Assembly: GCF_009914755.1 (NCBI RefSeq)
Contig: NC_060936.1
Source: the human T2T-CHM13v2.0 reference genome, Homo sapiens
Length of the DNA stretch: 64,000 bases
Strand: one strand, 5' to 3'
Positions within the stretch are counted from its first letter, which is position 1. Every line of letters begins with the position of its first letter. Position numbers and translations under genes: made by a program. The notes under the pieces are model-generated. The model saw nothing but the letters and a program-made list of their open reading frames with translations, did no database searches and was not told where the DNA came from. Positions 58,440 to 64,000 of the stretch are shown here, piece by piece.

Positions 58440-58606
58440 TTTTTATTTTATTTTATTTTATTTTATTTATTTATTTTTGAGATGGAGTCTTGCTCTGTCG
58501 CCCAGGCTGGAGTGCAGTGGCGGCATCTTGGCTCACTGCAAGCTCCGCCCCCTGGGTTCAGGCCATTCTCCTGCCTCGGCTTCCTGAGCAGCTGGGGGCT
58601 ACAGGC
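58440..58606 (-). mobile_element. Truncated AluY (3' arm) with (ttta)n tail
   Basis: gcaagctccgcc...ccattctcctgcc; stops at ctacaggc. Confidence 0.85.
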
Positions 58607-59302
58607 TGTCCCTATTTCTTAGCCTAATTTATACATTAAATAAAATATTTTCCCTGAACTGGTATTATTACATTTTTTTCTTGTTTATTTATTTTTAAGA
58701 AAATAAATACCCAACTTATTTGCAAAACACACTTGACTTGAAAAGGCATGAGAACAAAGCTGCCATTTTTTGTAGTATTTTGTGTGTATCAAGTATTATG
58801 CCAAGAATTTTATAATTGTTATTTGACTCAATACACATGACAGGATTACTACTGTTATATTCATTTCATTATATTGGGGAAGACAATAATGTTCAAAGTC
58901 ACATCATAAGTTTTGTAGTTGGACCCAAGTATATTTGATTTTAAATCTCATTTTTTTAAATAATTAATGTAGAGCCTCCCAGAGCTCAAGTGGTGTGACA
59001 ATCTACAGATTTTACCAATGATCCAGCATTAGAGTCCATCCATTTCCTCTCCAGTTTCCCTGAGTTACTCATTTCCAAACAACTGAAGTGTGCTTGCTTT
59101 TTCTCATCATTTTGAATTACAGGCTTCAGAAAGAAAAATTCACAAGGTCCTAGGTAGAAAACAAAAAAATCCTCCAAATCTCAGTCCAGAATTATTTCCT
59201 AAAGAAGTTTTCATTTAAGATCACTTTTTAGAAAAACAATGTTCAAGATGCAGACAAAAATAGAAATTAAAATATAAACTTCCAACACCCCCCACTTCTT
59301 AC

Positions 59303-59487
59303 CTAGAGTTGCCACGTTTTACAAACAAAAAGTATAGAATGCCTAGTTAAATTTGAATTTCACGTAAATAAGGTATAAAATTTTTTGGTGTAAATATGTC
59401 CCACACATACATATATACTCATACTAAAAAATCATGTGTTGTTTATCCAAAATTCAAACTAACTATATATTTTATCTGGGAACCTTA
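59303..59487. mobile_element. MER53-like palindromic hAT MITE
   Basis: agagttgcca...agttaaatttgaatttca...tatgtccca...aaattcaaactaact...ttatctgggaacc; inverted symmetry. Confidence 0.7.
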
Positions 59488-61511
59488 CTTCTACTCTACC
59501 CATTGCCTGTCTCCAGCTTCACACCCAATTGCTCAGTAGAACTGTTCACATGTAATTAGGGTCTCATTCAGTAATGTCTTACCTAATGATTCTTTGTCCT
59601 TTCCTCATCAGTAGCAAAGGGGACAATCTGAAGAATATTTACAAATACAATTACAGTCTATCAGTTGCCTTACACAGCAGAACTAATCCATAGAGAGAGG
59701 TGGGAAGTCCTGTACTTTATTAATAAACTCAAGTAAGGAGAAAAACCATTTCTGTGGTATTTTAAGTTGAATTTACATATTCTGTCACATTTCACTACAA
59801 GTGTAATCAAATAAAGCTATTACTCATCAGAAAATAAAGAAATAAAGATTTGGTAGGTAGCCTAAGCTACTCTTACTTTAAAAAGTAATCTTTTAAACAA
59901 AAATATCAATAAGAGTTTCCAAAACATTTAGTTGCAATGTTGTCCTATACTAAAAGATGTCATTTTATCCCGCCATAGTGAAATGGGCATACTGTATTTT
60001 ACCTGGCCTTGTTGAAAAACAACACGAAAACACTCATCAATTCTCGATTTTTAAAAATGACCAAAATTGACATGATCTGTTTATTGAAGGAAAGGCAATT
60101 TTGCTTTTGGAAGGCAACATTAATATAAATTTATACTTATGTCTTAGCAGTAAACAATTCCCAAAGGAATCAGATTTCCTAAGTAAATGTCAAGTGTGCT
60201 CTCTAAAGCACTATTAATCAAATTATTTAATTAAATATATGCTGTGCTTTGACATATTGAATTTTGGACCATTTTACCAACCAAAGCTGTACTCCTGTAG
60301 AATATAAATCAGTTAATCAGTGTGAATGCAAAGTAACAAGGCCATTTTGATATGGTTTAATGTAAAGTGCTCTCTTTGCTTTAAAGGAGCACCAGTAACA
60401 TACCAGTTTTAATACTTTTTTTTATGCGTCCTTGCCACCCAGTTGACCAGGAATATGGGAGGATTTTAGGGAAGCTCCTACTAGCAAGTAGGCTAGGATG
60501 TTAACCAAGGTAAGTGTCATGGGCTCTATAACTTAAAACACTTCAGCACAGACAATGTGATAATCTTCATGTATTAGTTTAAGTGACACTATAGGAGTAG
60601 TTTGTTGCCGTAATCTGGAAGTCACACTCCAGGCCTGATCAGCTAGCATTTAATCAGAAACATTCACACTCCAGAGGTTGCTACTGCAAGCCTTTCTGCT
60701 GTCATTATTTCCAATCAATACCAAAGACTTAAATTAGCATAATGAATGCTAGGAAAAATGTTGGTGAAAATTTGTGGACTGTTAATTAGACAACAGATGT
60801 TCAAAATAGAATTCTCAATGATGAAAATCAAAATATATGAATTGACTAAAATATATTACATCTACTTCAATCCTCAAATGAATATGAGATTCTAGTAAGC
60901 CCTTTGCTTTTTGGAAAGTCTCCCAAAGATTTATTCTGTAACAAAGCTACGTCCAGCCACTTAGTTAAAGGATTTAGGATGCCTGATACTGATTATGAAT
61001 CTAACTTTTTTCTGCCTTTAGAATATTGTCACATTTGCCTTGAGTAAATATTTCATGCTAGGTCTTGTTAGAACACAGAATAGAACAGAGAGCCAGGAAT
61101 TCACTAAGCATACAGAATGGACTGTATGAATTGTTTTACATCTGCTTCTTAATGTTTGTTTAATGGATCTCGTATGCATGGTCAACATTTGGTCTCAGGT
61201 TTGCTTTCTTTAACTTGATAGGGAGGTTGGAAGGTGATCACCTCTCAATACTGGTATTTATCAAAGAGCTGTACTTGACAAAATTGCTTAGGTCCAGCCG
61301 TAGCAACAGATGTGCACTGGCATAGACCTGTGCACTAGATTTTCTGGGATACAAAAATATTCTAAGCTAATCTACCAGCACTTCCTTTCCAAGAAAGTCT
61401 GGTGATCTGTCCTTGGACTATAACCAACATATCCCCTATTCTCTGCTGGGCTTTCTTAATGGCGTTAAAACAAACAAACAAGAAAACAAAACAAAATAAT
61501 AACAACAAACA

Positions 61512-61645
61512 GGCCAGGCACAGTGGCTCATGTCTGTAAACCCAGCACTTTGGGAGGCCTAGGCAGGATGATCGCTTGGGCCCAGGAATTTGAGACTAGC
61601 CTGGGTAACATAGTGAGACTCTGACTCCAAAAAATCAAAATATTA
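61512..61645 (+). mobile_element. FLAM / Alu monomer
   Basis: ggccaggcacagtggctca...gatcgcttg.gcccagga.tttgagac... Confidence 0.8.
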
Positions 61646-62934
61646 GCCACTCCTGCTCCCTTCAACCCTGTTCTTAAGTGGATAATGTCTGGTAAAGCGA
61701 AAAACCAAAGCAGCTTTGGAAAAGCATGGAGCTCTTCACAGCTATACCACGGTCCAACCTGGGAAGCCAGGAGGGAAGGAGCGCTCTCTGCCTTCCTAAC
61801 ACGGGGCAAGAGGTGGAGCTGAACTCCTCAGTCCCATCCTTCTTTTGATTTTTCTCAGTGGGAGTTGGGGTGGGTGAAGAGAAGGCGAGTGTATCATAGT
61901 ATAACCATTGTATTCCTGTCGCTTTTCTCCCAGGACCCAGAGATGATCATTCATGTACTGATGACTGTGGCATTTAATTCTCCTGCCCCTGACTAGCTGG
62001 CGTACAAATCAGCATACCCAGTTATCTACCAGACATGTCATTCCCAACTCAGAGTCTGTCAATAATTTTTCATGGATCAGCATAGCCTTAAGAACAAAAT
62101 CATAATTCCTTAGCTGGGCCCTCAAGGCCCTTCACATCTGACCCCTGACTACCACTCTAGCCCTGGCCTTTACTCATTCCCTCCTGCCTCCTCCCCAACA
62201 TAATATATCCCCCTTGGTCCAGCCATGATGAACTACCTACAGGTACCTAAATATCACATCGATGCACAACTCTTTGCCGTCATGAATAGATTTGCCTCTG
62301 CTTGAAATGCCTTCTCCTTTTTACAGCCCTTTGTTCTATATCATATCCATGTGACTCCATGTAACAGAATTCTGATTCTTAGATCTTGGACATTTATACT
62401 AACTATGAATCCAGATTTGTGGATGATATGTAATAGCTATATGATAACTCTAATTTTTAACCCTTATTTTGTCATGTGATAAAAATGAGGGAAAGACAAA
62501 GTAGGGATATGAATGAACTATCAAATACAATTTGGTGTTTTCCTACTATCTTACCCATTAACATGAGAGAGGCAAGTGCCTTTTATCATCCCAGACACCC
62601 CTTTAATATAGCACTATTACCAGCCTAATTCCACAGATTATAAAGTAAAATCTCAAACCTACCCACTTAATCACAGAATGTGATTAAGAGACCATCTGGA
62701 GTGACCTTAGAGACCATCTAATCTAAGTCCTTAAATCCAATTAACTTTCCTTCCTTAATACTCTTTTAAAGGAAGAAAATTATAAACCTAGAAATAAATA
62801 TTATGTTACTTGAAAGTTGAGCAATTACTAATAAAACTTTAAAACTCCTAAAAGTCATATTTTCTTGGGCAAAGGAAAACAATTCTCCATTTTCTGAATG
62901 ATCCTATTTAATAACAAAAATTTTAACCTTAGAA

Positions 62935-63290
62935 CAGGGGTCCCCAACGCCTGGGCCATGGACTGCTACCAGTCTGTGGCCTGTTAGGAACTGGGCTGCA
63001 CAGCAGGAGGTGAGCATTGGGCGAGTGAGCATTATTGCCTGAGCTTCACCTCCTGTCAAATCAATGGTAGCATTAGATTCTCATAGGAACGTGAATCCTA
63101 TTGTGCACTGTGCATGTGAGGGATCTAGGTTGCATTGCACACTCCTTATGAGAATCTAACTAATACCTGATGATCTGAGGTGGAATAGTTTCATCCTGAA
63201 ACCATCCATCCACTCCCACCTCCGGGTCTAGGAAAAAAATTGCCTTCCACAAAACCAGTCCTTGGTGCCAAAAAGGCTGAGGACTACTAC
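62935..63290 (+). mobile_element. MER1B (hAT-Charlie)
   Basis: caggggtccccaac...cattagattctcatagga...aaaccagtcc.tggtgccaaaaagg.tg.ggac. Confidence 0.85.
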
Positions 63291-64000
63291 CCTAGATGAT
63301 AAGATACCTGGAGTTCGCTGCTTTCTCATCTTGTAACCATTTAAACTGGCCTTAGATAGAAAAGCCAAGATCAAAATCAAGTTAGAGAAATTTCCTCTTG
63401 CCACCTAGGAGGGTCATGTCATAAAGCAGCACCCCTTCTAAAAAAAATTGCATTAGAAATAAACCTGGGCACTTATACACACAGACACACAGAACACCTC
63501 GTAACTCCTCGAATGTTGCTGAGTTCTTGGAAACATTCCAAGTTCCTAGATCTCCTTTCTACCCCAGCATCAAGAATATGTATTTAGACTGTGCTCCTGC
63601 TCTGATAGGTCTGCCTGTCAGGTCCAAGCAGCAGTTTATTTTCAAATTGTTGGGTGAGGATAGGGTGATGGAGGAGGAAGGGAAAGAAAGAAAATAATTG
63701 GACCAAGCCCTCAGACAAGAAAGGAATTTACCTCAAGGCTTTTCAGGTTACAGTCAAGGGAGCTGAAAATTACATTTCAAACTTTCTTAGCCACTGTCAA
63801 TTTCTCCTTTTCGAAATGAAGTTTCCCCATTTTTTTTACTTTGAATTATGCAATGTGTCTGATAAACACTTTTCATGGAAGGTGTAAAAGAATAGTGTGG
63901 GAGAGGACGTGGGTGTCTGTGCACCCATAGAGGCCAGGACATACATAACACACTACTTCTGAGTGTAAATCATAAATTATCCTGTATTCAGAGATTTCCA

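Overview
Primate (most likely human) genomic DNA, AT-rich and repeat-dense: many Alus, one near full-length L1PB, solo ERV LTRs (MER11, LTR7C-like, MER4, MER34-like, MST/MLT), MER DNA transposons, L2 and MIR. No intact protein-coding gene is visible. The main discovery is on the minus strand at about 9.8-25.9 kb. Seven consecutive, phase-compatible exons plus a core promoter (TATA, Inr, NR5A site) form the 5' part of a dead glycoside hydrolase family 31 alpha-glucosidase gene related to SI/MGAM/GAA. Its architecture is unlike those genes: a short signal-peptide-like exon, then ONE exon encoding THREE tandem variant trefoil (P-type) domains, then the GH31 N-terminal beta-sandwich exons. The gene carries a probable ATG>GTG change, four nonsense codons, three lost splice donors, an AluSc inside exon 4 and an L1PA 3' fragment inside exon 2. 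It looks like an unprocessed, possibly unitary, pseudogene of a secreted digestive-type glucosidase lost in the primate lineage. The catalytic-domain exons were not found in the window. Secondary signals are a CTCF/ETS/CCAAT element near 55.6-55.8 kb and a possible short 3' transduction at the end of the L1PB. Repeat family names and comparisons to SI/MGAM/GAA come from my recall of consensus sequences, not from a search.
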